A stretch of DNA of 64,000 nt from assembly GCA_051362555.1 (NCBI GenBank), contig CM120643.1, positions 6,200,001-6,264,000 of the forward strand, written 5' to 3'. The DNA is from Lingula anatina (taxonomy: Eukaryota > Animalia > Brachiopoda). The notes beneath the pieces are model-generated. The model was not told the origin of the DNA and did no database searches. It saw nothing but the letters and a program-made list of their open reading frames with translations. Shown here piece by piece: positions 24,520 through 38,044 of the stretch. The position numbers were made by a program, and so were the translations under genes. The first letter of the stretch is position 1. Every line of letters starts with the position of its first letter.

Positions 24520-25378
24520 GTTGTATCAAATATAGCAGCTAAGGCAGAACTAGGCATATTCCCAATTACACATGACATAATTGGTCATGCTACATCCTAT
24601 TGGCAAAGATTTTCTGAAATGTCAAAGCAGCGCATGGCAAAAACAATGTATGAATATGAAGCAAAACATGACACACAGATAAAAAATTGGTCAAATCTAA
24701 TCAAAACACCGACTAATACCCCCTCGAAAGCAGAAATAAAAAATGCACTGGAAAGTCACTATACCTTTTTGTTTCTCAAAGAAATAGAGCGAGAAAACAG
24801 CATACTACGTACATATTGATTATTTAAAACAAATTATGAAAGGGAAGTGTACACAACAGCACCTATACCAAAACATGAAATGCAAAATTTGGCAAAATTT
24901 AGAACAGGGGCACACGACTTGGAAATCCAAAGAGGCAGATACCGAAAACCAAAACCAATACCCCCTGAAGAAAGGATCTGCAAGTTATGCTCAGATGAAG
25001 TCGAAAAAAAAATACACTTTCTTTTAAAATGCCCCTTACTCACCAAACACATGGAGACCCTAAAACCAGATCCTACACAAACCCCAGAGGGCCAGTTCAA
25101 ATGTATAATGCAGTCAAACGATTTAGATGTTATAACGAATGTGGCCCACTATATCACAATGTGTAATAAAGAAAGAAAAATATTCTCAACCAACCACCAC
25201 CTAGTCAACCTAAGTAACTGAGCATATACTGCAATTGTAAAATCTGATCGCAGTTATTTTATAAACAATATTGTAATTTATTATTGTAATTTTAGTTATA
25301 TGGTTATATAATGTATACTGTTAGGTCATAGTCGTTGTAAAAAATGTACTTGAACCGCAATAAATAATAATAATAATA
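24520..25378 (+). mobile_element. LINE 3' end (ORF2 C-terminus, 3' UTR, (TAA)n tail)
   Basis: KAELGIFPI...LRTY*...LAKFRTGAHDLEIQRGRY...ERICKLCSDEVEKKIHFLLKCP; AATAAATAATAATAAT tail. Confidence 0.85.
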
Positions 25379-25970
25379 ACAAGGCAGCAAAGCTGTCAAA
25401 TGTACAGACAAAAAGCAGGAAATAACTATGCACAAAATAGACTACTGTCAATTCTGGTGCAAAAGTACATTATGTTGAACTGCAAATTCAACATCAAATT
25501 TTAATTATGCTCAACAGGTAATACCAATGTAAATAAAATGTGTAACAAGCATAAGGCTTCAAGCCCATGGGAGTTCAAGTTCACACTTTGAAAATGTATA
25601 ACTTCCAGAAAAAGAAGCCAAGCAGTCTGCTTTTCCAACTCAGGCTGCATGCCCATTTTTCGAACTTGACCTGCGTTTTAGTAAGATCGATTACTCCTGT
25701 GAGTTTCATGACAACAGGCCTATCGGTTTTCCTTGGAATGTGTTTACAGTGTTGCATACATGCTGAAAAGTGAAAAAAAGCATGACTTCTACAATAATGG
25801 CCCGATCATGCTGATTTTCGAACTTGACCTGCGTTTTATGAATATTCATCAGCTCTGTAAATATAAAGCCCAAAAGTAAAACTGCCTTCCACTTATCATG
25901 TTTACAAGGAAAGTGCACGGCGACGACAGACCCAGGTGATGGCAATATGTACAGACACATCTGTGTCTGT
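25378..25970 (-). mobile_element. HINE (non-autonomous Helentron) family 1, internally deleted copy abutting the LINE tail
   Basis: Both termini match the 32587-34385 element. Confidence 0.85.
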
Positions 25971-26159
25971 TTATTTATAACAATTTATTTAAACATGCTC
26001 ATTTTCAATGCAGCCAGACATCAACAATAGACGAAATCCGAATGAAAACAACTGTAGATATTTATTAGAAATCAATTGTGTTAAATAGTTCATGTTTTCT
26101 TTGTCTAACAAATCCTATCATTGCTACATTACACTATATACCTTTCATACTTTGGGCTT

Positions 26160-26470
26160 TACAACCTTTGAACTATGAAATCTCAGGCAAGTGAACCTTC
26201 TGACTAGCAAACCTTCGGAACAACTGGACATTTGCATCATCAAACTATCAGACCAATGAACATTCTGACTATTGAACCTTTTGAACCATTGGATCTTGGC
26301 ATCATCAAACTATCAGACCAATGAACCTTCTGACTATTGAACCTTTTGAACCATTGGATCTTGGCATCATCAAACTATCAGACCAATGAACATTCTGACC
26401 ATTGAACCTTTTGAACCATTGGATCTTGACATCATCAAACTATCAGACCAATGAACCTTCGGATTGCCGT
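26160..26470. repeat. 65-bp tandem repeat x3.5 built from ~16-bp GAACCTT/CAGAC subunits
   Basis: catcatcaaactatcagaccaatgaac... at 26235, 26300, 26365 and 26430. Confidence 0.9.
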
Positions 26471-27114
26471 CATCTGACAAATCATTTAACAATGAACTTA
26501 TAATAATTTCATAAATTCACAAAATGACAATATTTAGTAATTAAAATAAATATCAGAATCAGAAACATAGATAAAAATACACAAAAATAACTACATTGCT
26601 ACTTCAATTTTATATACTCAGGAATACTATGACATCAAACCAAACTGCTAAAAATAAAACAATATCATGGAATTAGAATTAGAAAACAAAAATACAGTTT
26701 ATCATCAGTTATAGGGTAAACAACAGATGTGTCACAAAGTGCTGACTATGGCAATGATACTGGACAGACACAGTGATCAGAATATAGACAGACTGAGTGT
26801 CTGTATATAATAAATATGTGATAAAATTTGCAATTATACCTTAATGAACTCGCAATAACAGAGATCATCTATAACACATCATATCTGACCTGAAATATAA
26901 ATTCACATTTAAACATTTTCACTGGTGCTCTTTTCTCTTCAGTGATGGCTTATTGTCTACCACAATCTCGCTGTATATGCTACCTCTACTAGTACTGTAA
27001 CAGTTTCCATGCATATGGGGAAAATTATTATAACACATCACAACTGAGCTGAAATATCAATTCACTTTTAAATATTTCCATTGTGTCTATTTGTCTTAAG
27101 TGATAGAGTATTGT

Positions 27115-27402
27115 CTAACACAATCTCCTTGCTTTATATACCCTGCCTCTATAGTTTCCATGCATATGGGAGAAATTGATTCTTTGTGTTACCTGGAACC
27201 CACATTTGTTGTGTAATTGTACTGTTCCATATAACTGGCTCCACAGGATCTGCTGTGTTTTGAAGTCTTGTTCTGGGTGGTTCTGGCAGCACTCTCTCTC
27301 ACTCAGTATAAAACTGACCTCTTGGTCTGCCAGCAGCTCTTTACACAATTCCAGATGTGTATTTGCTAAAAATGTAGATGAAATGAGTGTAACTGTTTGC
27401 AA
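27115..27402 (-). pseudogene. P-element/THAP9-like transposase C-terminal fragment
   Basis: LELCKELLADQEVSFILSERECCQNHPEQDFKTQQ...HGNYRG resembles ELxxxLL....YILSExFxQDPLExYFxxQR...GNxRG. Confidence 0.55.
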
Positions 27403-29047
27403 TGCAACTGGATCATCTCTGTAATATAGTGCAAACTATTATTAGGAACCATCTAATGATACATTATTCATATATAGGATGCTTTTGTAAAATGCATAAA
27501 TTCATTTTTGTATCATCATACTTGATTTTTATATCTTGATACTGCTCACATGTAATGGTGATCAAATTAAAATATAAGTATTCATTTTGTGTTTTGTGTG
27601 TACAAGATGAATTGGTTCAAATTTTTAACAAATGACAGGTGTGATTAATAAAACAATTAATGACTATAAAAATAACATTTACGTTACAATTAAATCAGTG
27701 AAACATTAATTTTATTCATGATAATCCATGCTTTCCTCACTGAAATGATCATTTCACCCCCCCCCCCCTTCCCCCAAAAAATGTTACAATTTTGTGTCTC
27801 TATACAAAGGAAAGAGGGGAAACGAATTACATAACAATCCTTACTTGTATATATATATATATATATATATAAAAAACAGCCATACATTTTGTCTGGAAAA
27901 AGAGACATGACAATGTATAAGTGAAGGAACACAAATTATCTTAACACAAAGAAAAGACAAAAACCTGACAGTCCACCAGAGCCAGATGAGAAAAATATTA
28001 AAACTATGGTACACAGCCAAGTGCCCACCTTATATGGTAGACATCATTGTTGTGGTGATTGAACTGTGATAAGTTAAAAATAACCTTGTCTTTTCCTTTG
28101 GCCACTACATATGAAGAGTAAAATCCTTTTGGAGGCTACTGGACACAATTGTGACTGCTGAGACCAGCACATTCTCAGATTGAATAAAGTTTAATAAACA
28201 GAACTCTGCCAAATCTGTTGGAATTTTTGTGACATTTGCACACAATATGCCTAACAATTGTAAAAATCTGGAATAATTATATCAATTGGCTGTGACTAAT
28301 TGAAAGACATTTTCTGACATTTGAGAGGAGTCACCAAGGAAATTCTAACATGTTCTTCAGCCACTTTATATGAAGAGTTAAGTGCACATGAACAATATTT
28401 TAATGGAAGTATTCATCTTTTAGATATTTTGTGCATTTATAATTAATGGTTTAAATAAAAAAAATGCATTGTTAACAAATGAGAGACGTGGATAAAAAAT
28501 GCCCTTAAACAACTTCAATACGCATTACAATTATAAGTTTTTTTTTTAATAAAGAAGTGTGGTAATTATTAAACCCATGCTTTTTAAGTCATATTAAAAA
28601 ATATTCAAATCCAAAACTTGGGATAACTGGCCTTGTGTTTCTACAGAGGTAAGAAAGAAGACCAATTATACCCACTATTACTTCAAAGACAAAACCAGCT
28701 GTTCATTTTGTGTACAACCTGCAAAAAGTCCAGTTCCCTGTTTACCATGGCTGTCCTGTCTCTGGTTCTTCATAACCCATTCATCCTGAAACTTGCTGTG
28801 TCTTGCACAGTTGCATGAGATGAAGGGATATTCCTGCAGCTGTTATTTCCTGTCTATTTCATATTAATAATACATCCCCGGACCCCCCCCCCCCATGTCC
28901 AGCCAGGTAAAGTCAGTTCACCTAGAAGTCACCATGCTCTATGGAGACTGGAGCTGGAAAAAGAGACAAAAGATAATATTAATGAAGTGACATAAATTAT
29001 CTTAATAAAAAGAACATTGACAGTCCACAAGAGCCAGAAGAATATTA

Positions 29048-29436
29048 GGGACCATTCCTATACTAACTCAGGGGCGGATTTAGGCCTTCCTCCGGGATCT
29101 TCCGGAAGAAGGTCAGATTTTTAAGTTTACATTGGCGAGTAACTAATCTTTTCTATTGGAAGACGCCTGACGGTCTAAAATGGAGGATGGATCAATAAAG
29201 ATAATTCGGAAGCCTGTCAGAAATTACCTGTAACTGTTGATCAATGTATTTCTGAGGGGATTCTTGCTAAATTGCAATCAACTTGAGCAGCTTAGATGTC
29301 TGTCACACCTACTGAAGCTGCTAAAGGGTAATTAATTATCAGTAGGCACCCAGACATCTAAGCTGCTAAGCTAAAGCAATTCAGCAAGAAATCCCTCAGA
29401 AATAAGTTGATTAACATTTAGTCTGGGAATGGTCCC
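29048..29436. mobile_element. Harbinger-type MITE (TTA TSD) with a nested hAT5-like MITE (29069-29230, TSD TAACT)
   Basis: tta|GGGACCATTCC...GGGAATGGTCCC|tta with long TIRs; inner taact|CAGGGGCGGAT...CCTG|taact. Confidence 0.85.
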
Positions 29437-29959
29437 TTAAATGGTCACATGCCTTGATCCCCACACAACTGTATGGTCGAATGGAGTCAAGATTTGATTG
29501 ATGTGCCCATGCCTGAACGACACCAGTGGAGGCGTGTGAGAGGTGGAGTGACCATTACAGGATTAAGCAGTCTTCCTTTCATGTAGGTCTGCCATATTAA
29601 GGCCGTGGACCAGTTAGCACTCGGATCTTCTCATTGCTTCTTGATTATATTGTAATGGAACAAATTTTTAACAATCGTTATCAAAGTAATTCCTATCATT
29701 ATGGGCCATAAAGACCCCCATGGGAGCGTCCGGTAAATATTTCGGCGTTTGTAACAATTTATTGATTCATGTGACTGGAACCATTACCCTCGTCAGCACT
29801 GTGGCCAATAATTCTGGCGAGTTATACAACATGAGCAGGACGACCTTGCGGTACAGAAGTAACATTCTGGTGCTAACAACGTCTTTATGAGCTTACCTAT
29901 TCCCCTTCCCCTTTCATAGGTAAGAACGATAAAATTATCTCCTGACATAGAGCCTACCT

Positions 29960-30410
29960 CACGCTGGGTGAAGATACCACGGAAGAGACACAGAGGATAC
30001 TACTCCCTCTGGCAGGTTCACTGGGGGGGTTGGTCGAATCTGATGGGACAAGGCTACGCTCGAGGCTCCAATTGAGAAAGTTTCTACTTTCTCTGGCAGG
30101 TTCACTGGGGCGGTTGATTGTTGGTTAGTTAGAAAGAGTGATACGTTGGCAGGAGTACCAACGACAGGGAAAATCTCCGTCAGATTCTTCCAACAGGCTT
30201 TGCGTAGCAACGAAGGCCTGAGTTACGTTGGCTGGGGCACCAACGACGAGGGAAATATCTCCCGTGTAGAGTAGGCAGACCTTAGGCAGGAGGTCGATTA
30301 GGACAAGCGATACGTTGGCCGGGGGCACCAACATTAAGGGATATCTCGGTCAGATTATCCCGACAGGGTCAGCGTAGCTACGGGACCCTAGGTTACCGTC
30401 GGCAGGAATA
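29960..30410 (-). repeat. GC-rich degenerate ~84-bp tandem array, coding-like on the minus strand
   Basis: Recurrent ACGTTGGC..ACCAAC and GGCAGGTTCACTGGGG; peptides VVGTPANVSL, VVGAPANVT, PVNLPE. Confidence 0.5.
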
Positions 30411-31556
30411 ATTCCGAAGTGAAGCCCACCAGTACCAGTTCGATGTCAACCGATGTCTACACCTCCTAGGATTATTGACTTTACCTAGTAGCACCCTGGA
30501 TTATGCATTTATATTAAACTCTTCATCAGTATCATTTAAATTACATCTGGACACATTGAACTTTTTATTGCCTCCTTACAAACTTCGTTGGATTTAAATA
30601 AAACTGTTTGTTGATAAAAAGAACTCTGTTTCTTGGGATTGAACTTTTATTAGCACGCTACCTTTAGACTCAAAAACCGCTACAATATATAACTCTGCTA
30701 GTACTTTTTTATGTTTTACCTCAGATGTTTCAAGGATCGAACTCGGAGCTACTGAATAACACTTATAACACTGGGATCACCGGATCCCTACGTCTATTCT
30801 CTACCTCTTGTATCTGCAGGTCCTTCTCTCTCTCTCTCTCTCAAAAACCCCGCCCAACTGCATGTCGCTTTCAATCCCAAGACTTCCGGTACCAGATCAC
30901 TGCAACAAAGTACTCACCCTTTTGTCATCAAGAATGTGTTTGCATACATTTAAAGGGATGCTGGAATCGTGGAATGTCCTACTGCTTTAGATAAAACTTT
31001 AATGGTAACTCATAGATATATCTTGTCCTTGGAATAACGTTATTTCATTAACGTGTAAAATTTTCCCGCTCCGCCTAAGCCCGACTAAGTAGGTCAAAGA
31101 AAACCCGCAGTGAATACTGGGTCACATCTCGGTACATTCGGCAGATGAAGCGCCACAGTTTTACTCTGCGTCCAAGTTATTATATCTTTTGATTTTTTGT
31201 TTAGATATGATATCATTGATTATTGATAAAGAATAAATTATTGCAAAAAGTTCATTTTAAATTATTTTTTATTGTTATTATTATATATTTTCTTTTTGCT
31301 TCAACTTTTGCTGGATCTCAGCACTACTAACACAACGCTCAATTTGAGCAAATAGAGCATTTAAGGACCTTCGCATTTAGAGTGATTACCATTAAAAGTA
31401 AAATAAACGTAGCCTACTTGAAAATATTCTAAAGTCAATTTTTTCCCAAATATCCTGCAAATCTACTAGTAAGCCTACTTGTAGGCCTACTTTACTTTTA
31501 TAGACTGCGCTATCTAGAGACTATGCTTAGGCGATATTAGATGCGCGTTAATTTTT

Positions 31557-32580
31557 ATGTACAGACACAGATGTGTCTGTACATATTGCCATCACCTGCG
31601 TCTGTCGTCGCCGTCGCCGATGGCGATGGCGATGCCGATGGCGATGGCGATGCCGGCGCCGTGCACTTTCCTTGTAAACACGATAAGTGGAGGGCAGTTT
31701 TACTTTTTGGCTTTATATTTACAGAGCTGATGAATATTCATAAAATGCAGGTCAAGTTCGAAAATCAGCATGATCGGGCCATTATTGTAGAAGTTATGCT
31801 GTTTTTTCACTTTTCAGCATATTTTTCACATTTCCTCAGATTCAATTCTTAGGCATGTTAACAGTCTCATTATTAAACTAATAAGATACGTAAAAGTTTT
31901 TGTTTGACATTTCCTGCATCTTTACAACATTGTTAGTTGATTTTGTAAAAATGATGGTAAACTTGTTATCGTGTATTGTGTAATTAAGTGTCAAAAATGG
32001 AAATAAACACATATCATTGCAGTTTGTCAGATTCAATCATCCACTATGTTCAGAATCTCATAATGGAAGAAATTGGACATTTAACACTGCTCTGTTGATA
32101 TTTTTCCCATCTCATCAATTTTCTTAGTTGATCATATAAAAATGGCAGTAAACTGTTAATTTTGTTATATGTTAAAAATTGTTAAAAACTGAAAAAAAAA
32201 ACATTTCAGAACAGTGCTGTCTTGTTTACATTTTGGCATTTTCAAGTTGTGACTTTGAAATTCCATGGGCCTGAAGACCTTTGCTAGTCACATTTTCTGA
32301 ATATCCATGATACTAATATTTTATTATTAAAAATTGATGGTCATCATGCTGTTAAACATTATGTAATATTGCATCAAAATTTGGAAAAACCTATTTTGGG
32401 CACTGCTCCCATGATGACCATTTAAGAAAAACCATGTCACTTACTGTTCTCAAACAGTACAGTAAATATATATAGATGTGTCTGTACATATTGCCATCAC
32501 CTGCGTCTGTTGTCCCCGTCATCGCCGTTGCTGGCGCCGTGCACTTTCATTGTAAACACGATAAGTAGAAGGCAGTTTTA
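31557..32580 (+). mobile_element. HINE family 1, truncated copy plus a partial 5' end at ~32470
   Basis: ATGTACAGACACAGATGTGTCTGTACAT hairpin, (GCCGAT/GGCGAT)n microsatellite, core repeats. Confidence 0.9.
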
Positions 32581-32586
32581 CTTTTT

Positions 32587-34385
32587 ATGTACAGACACAG
32601 ATGTGTCTGTACATATTGCCATCACCTGCGTCTGTCGTCGCCGTCGCCGATGCTGATGCCGATGCCGATGCCGTCACCGTGCACTTTCCTTGTAAACACG
32701 ATAAGTGGAGGGCAGTTTTACTTTTTGGCTTTATATTTACAGAGCTGATGAATATTCATAAAACGCAGGTCAAGTTCGAAAATCAGCATGATCGGGCCAT
32801 TGTTGTAGAAGTTATGCTGTTTTTTCACTTTTCAGCATATATGCAACACTGTAAACACATTTTAAGGAAAACCGTTAGGCCTGTTGTCATGAAACTCACA
32901 GGAGTAATCAATCATACTAAAACAGGTCAAGTTCGAAAAATCAGCATGATCGGGCCATTTTTAGGGGAGTTATGCTTTTTTTTTTCATTTTTCAGCATAT
33001 ATGCAACACTGTAAACACAATATAAGAAAAACAGATAGGCCAATTGTCATTAAACTCACAGGAGTGGTCAATCTTACTAAAACGCAGGTTGAGTTCGAAA
33101 ATCAGCATAATTGGGCCATTATTTTAGAAGTTATGCTGTTTTTTCATATTTCCTCAGATTCAATTCTTAGGCATGTTAACAGTCTTATTATTTTACTAAT
33201 AAGATACGTAAAAGTTTTTGTTTGACATTTCCTGCATCTTTACAACATTGTTAGTTGATTTTGTAAAAATGATGGTAAACTTGTTATCGTGTATTGTGTA
33301 ATAAAGTGTCAAAAATGGAAATAAACACATATCATTGCAGTTTGTCAGATTCAATCATTCACTATGTACAGAATCTCAGAATGGAAGAAATTGGACATTT
33401 AACACTGCTCTATTAATATTTTTCCCATCTCATCAATTTTCTCAGTTGATCATATAAAAACGGTAGTAAACTGTTAATTTTGTTTTATGTTAGAAATTGT
33501 TAAAACTGGAAAAAAAAAACATTTCAGAACATTGCTGTCTTGTTTACATTTTGGCATTTTCAAGTTGTGACTTTGAAATTCCATGGGCCTGAAGACCTTT
33601 GCTAGTCTTATTTTCTGAATATCCATAATACTAATATTTTATTATTAAAATTGATGGTCATTATGCTGTTAAACATTATGTAATATTGCATCAAAATTTG
33701 AAAAAAAAAACTATTTTGGGCATTGCTCCCATGATGACCATTTAAGAAAAACCATGTCACTTACTGTTCTCAAACTTACAGGCAAGAAACATGGGACTAA
33801 AATACAGCTTCAGTAGGCAATGCAGTCTGTTTGGTAATTCTTACTGCCAGTTAAACGTTTTTTTTTTTTGTGAAAATTTAATTTTTCACATATTGGCATT
33901 TTCAAGGTGTGACTTTGAAGTTCCACGGGCTTGAAGACCCATGCTAGTCACATTTTCTGAAAATTCTTGATACGTATATTTTATTATTAAAAATTGACGG
34001 TCATTATGCTGTAAACCATTATGTAATATGGCATCAGAATAGAAGAAAACACAATTTTGGGTGCTGCTGCCATGATGACCATTATGGGAAAACCATGTTA
34101 CTTATGATTGCCAAACTTTAAAAAAAGAAATACAGGACTAAAATGCAGCCTGAGTTGGAAAAGCAGTCTAATTGGCTTCTTTTTCTGGAAGTTATACATT
34201 TTCAAAGTGTGAACTTGTTACACATTTTACTTACATTGGTATTACCTGTTGAGCATAATTAAAATTTGATGTTGAATTTGCAGTTTAACATAATGTACTT
34301 TTGCATCAGAATTGACAGTAGCCTATTTTGTGCATAGTTATTTCCTGTTTTTTGTCTGTACATTTGACAGCTTTGCTGCCTTGTT
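32587..34385 (+). mobile_element. HINE family 1, complete ~1.8-kb copy
   Basis: 5' subTIR ATGTACAGACA with adjacent IR, microsatellite, ~140-bp core tandem repeats, ~320-bp internal repeats, 3' subTIR TGTCTGTACAT, 3' hairpin GACAGCTTTGCTGCC, T-rich flanks, no TSD. Confidence 0.9.
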
Positions 34386-34542
34386 TCTAAAACGTTCCAA
34401 ATTTTTTTCCCAATTTCAAGTATATTTTCTCAATGCCTGGTAACGAAGGTGTTGCAATTGGCTTCCTAACAGAGTGCAGCTTTGTCGTGTTACGTGTAAA
34501 ATATTTGATTGTGCCCTGTCAACATAACGTCTAGCCAATCAT

Positions 34543-34832
34543 GAGGGACCGCTGGGAAGGGGGGGGGAGTGATCACATTTCACAGCCGCGGAAAATAAAA
34601 TCATCAAATCACAAATTACATAAATTGAATTAGAATTTTATTCATATCTCATTGAAAATGCGAGTCCGGCGAGCTGAAAATAACTATCATCGAGTATAAT
34701 GACTTCGTTCCACTATATATAAGGACGAGGGATAGAAACCCGCAATTCACGATTCACAGGAATGGGGTGCTTCACATCTCGGGGAATGATAAGTGGATGT
34801 TACGAGCAAGGAAAATACCCAACGGGGCCTTC
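34543..34832. mobile_element. MITE with GAGGG.. / ..GGGGC(C/T)(T/C) termini; second copy ~55513-55797
   Basis: Shared gtgatca..ttca..gaaaataaaa..cacaggaatg.ggtgcttcac..catctc..aaaataccca. Confidence 0.55.
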
Positions 34833-36789
34833 AGTCCTTGCCTTAACTAAAATGAAGGTTTAATTAATGTCTAAAATATTTCAAAACATTAAAGCAATTA
34901 AAATTAATGATCTAGAGCAATAGTACGCCAAGAAGGATTTTACAGCTTTTAAAAGTAGCTGCAAGTTATTTATTGCGTTATTTAAAATAAACATTCTAGA
35001 CATTTCCTGAGAGGTTAGACATAATATTTGCTTCCAGACAAGTACTTATTTTTCTACTTAATTGAAAATAAACTTATAGGCAAATGTGGAATGGCGTTGC
35101 GAGCGACAGTAACGAAGGTCTAAAAATGAGTCTGCATTTCGTGTTTTAAATATGATTAACACATGTGCTTAGCTAACGATTTTCGTGTGCATCGAAAGAC
35201 TAACTAAATAAAGAGCGAGAGAGACAAAATGTTGTTATTATTCATCCACACAACGTACCTCCGACCGTGTTGGGAGTTTGACCCCCCTGAGTAATCGGAT
35301 GATAGCTGTCGTCAGTACTGCTTTTATATAACGTAACAAACGCAATCGTCCTTTGCGCTCAAATCATAAACAGGAATTTTTCTTTAAAAAATATTAAAGA
35401 CATCCTTACATTTTATACAAATCTATGAATATCTAGTGAAAACTCCATCTGTGACTCTGGTAGAGTGTACTCTCTCTCTCTCTCTCTCCGGTTGTCTCTG
35501 GCCGAATTCACAATCCTCGGACCATGATCAGATAACAAACCTCTTTAATGATAATTAACTGTTATGACTGATTAATGAAACTACATTTTTTTCATTCGAC
35601 AGCATTTTCCGTATCTTTACGAAAAAATATATTGAAAACGCATCTGTAAAGATCAACTCTGAAAGATGAAAAAAATGCCTGAGCTTTTTGCTTGTGAACC
35701 TTCTTCAGGTACCAAAACAAGAATAAACAAGCAAACTACTGGTATAAGTGACGTAAGATGCATGTAAAAGGGACGAAGTTGGAAGTGAGTGATAAACGTT
35801 GACGTCTTGAAGATTACGTAATGATAAAACAAGAATAATATTCGTTGAGATACTTATTGTTTCTATAAAGTCCTTTTTTTAAGTGTCTAATATTTTTATG
35901 AACTTCTTCTCGACAATCCGTCTTTGTCTTGTGTCGCGTATGTGTCCTTTTAAAATGGTGACTGTTTGTACTGTGGTGGTTCTTGATGCGAGTTTTAAGG
36001 GCGTAAGACAGCTTTTTTCTATCGTTTTCACTTTTAATTACTATAAGTTCTATTACTGTACATAGCTACCAATTATCTGCGCTTTAAGCTTGTACTTTTT
36101 ATTACAGATACAAGCAAGGCAAGCAAAAAGTCTCTGGCAGTGAATTGTGAACTGTTGCTGCTACCACTCCTACATAAAGTAGATATTGCAAACATACATC
36201 GGCACATTAATCAATAAGATATCAGACAACTTTCACGGAAAATTAACTGAAATTAAAGCTGGATATTCTTTTATCTATTATCATTTCGCATTTACGTTAA
36301 ATCTCGGCACGTACGTCTTCATCACCATCATACTTCAGTCGCAGTCCGAAGCGCGAAGTTCAAATAGTGCATATCAAAGCCATAAATAGGAGTCCTTACG
36401 TAGGAAACCACGCGCTAGAGAACGGGTTTAATTAAGGCATTCTTGTTGGTGGTATTGTCACTAATTTATAGAATCATGAACAAATCTGGATGACTCTTAT
36501 CTATAACAAAGTAATTATTACCCAAAAATAAAAAAAAATTACTTTTCAGAATAATACAAGAAAAATTAATGAAAAGAACAAAGGCAAAATAATTTTAAAT
36601 TAAAAATGGAACCTGAACAACAAATACAGCTTCAAGCAAATGGAAATGAAAATAGAATATACACACCCTTGACTTACGAGTTAAGCTACAATTAATTTTT
36701 AAAATAATGTCGGTACCTTGTCAATGTATGGCAGGACTACGTGAAAACGACATACACCCTCCCCTAGACATACACTAAACACACACGCG

Positions 36790-36831
<42 letters not shown>

Positions 36832-36896
36832 CTCATCGTCGAAGAGGGGGAGAGCCAAATTCAATCATTGAAGTTGTACATCGGTTCACTATTTGT

Positions 36897-38044
36897 CCCC
36901 CCCCCCCCGTCCCACCAATACGCCCCTTTTCTATTGATACCAAACTCAGTGTGTGTAGGAGTGTGAAAACTAAAAGTAGATCAAAAGTTCACGGATAGGA
37001 TATGCCATGTAAGGATTCATAGGGGAGATAGGTTATCTCTTTTGCTCTTTTTAATCTGTCAATTTTGAGAAGAAATACAGTGAATCGGTGTCTCTCATTG
37101 CACTTAGTCAAGATAAATTCAAATATGTAAAAAAAATCTTTCCTTTATCACGCAATTCGTCAGGTTTATTAAAATACAGCATTTCCCTACAAAACCTTTA
37201 CCCCCTCTTGTGAATGCAATGTGCCGTCTGCAGAGCTCAGCGTCTGCTACCTCGCTGGATGCTTCGCGGTTCCCGGGAGCTGAACAGTTAACGCGGTCCA
37301 AAAAATTTTAGGGAGAGTCAGATGAAATATAGAGGGACTGTGGCATCTATAAAGTTCTACATGATGAAGCTGGAGATTTGGGCTAGTTTTACTCTTTTCT
37401 TCCAAAATTTGCCATATACTCTGGCTTTCAGTACCCGCATGCAACCAAAATATTTTGCTGGTATCTTGATACATCTCCCACTTGTGTCTCCCCCCTAAAA
37501 CGGTCCACACTAAAAAATCAATAATCTTATGGCAATTTTATACAGGCAATTGACCTACTTTTATACCCATGCAGCTATCGACGAGTTTTATGGCTATGGA
37601 GTGAAAACGTGATACACGTCTGTGATATAAAAATTATTTCTAATTACATAATTTACAAACAGTGCATTTGGAATAAAGTTGTCCAGATTTGTGAGCAAAA
37701 GATGACATTGCTATTTGAAAATAATGAAAAAATTGGAGACAAGCCTAAATCAGAAGAAAAATGCATTTTTCTCTTATATGCAAATTAGGTTCCTTGAAAT
37801 AATATAAGACTGGCCGGAAGTGATGTTCAGAGATTTGTAACGATGATGATCTTGATGGCCTTGATGATCTTAATGGTGGTTCATAAAATATTATCAAAGT
37901 TTTCAGTTGTCATCTGGTGAGAAAGAAATTTTCTGCACTAACACAATCATTCCACGAGTGAAAAATAATTAGTAAACGCGCCTCAGAGATGCGCTGCAGA
38001 CGTCACGGCTTTTGGGCGAAAATCACACGCGACATTTCGTCATA
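36897..38044. repeat. ~1.15-kb dispersed repeat of unknown class; direct copy ~57107-58253
   Basis: Collinear from the poly-C run to cagagatgcgctgcagacgtcac..atttcgtcata in both copies. Confidence 0.9.

Noticed and set aside
35320-36400. TATA-like box and splice-like sites suggesting a plus-strand gene
   Set aside because: No coherent ORF or exon chain could be assembled
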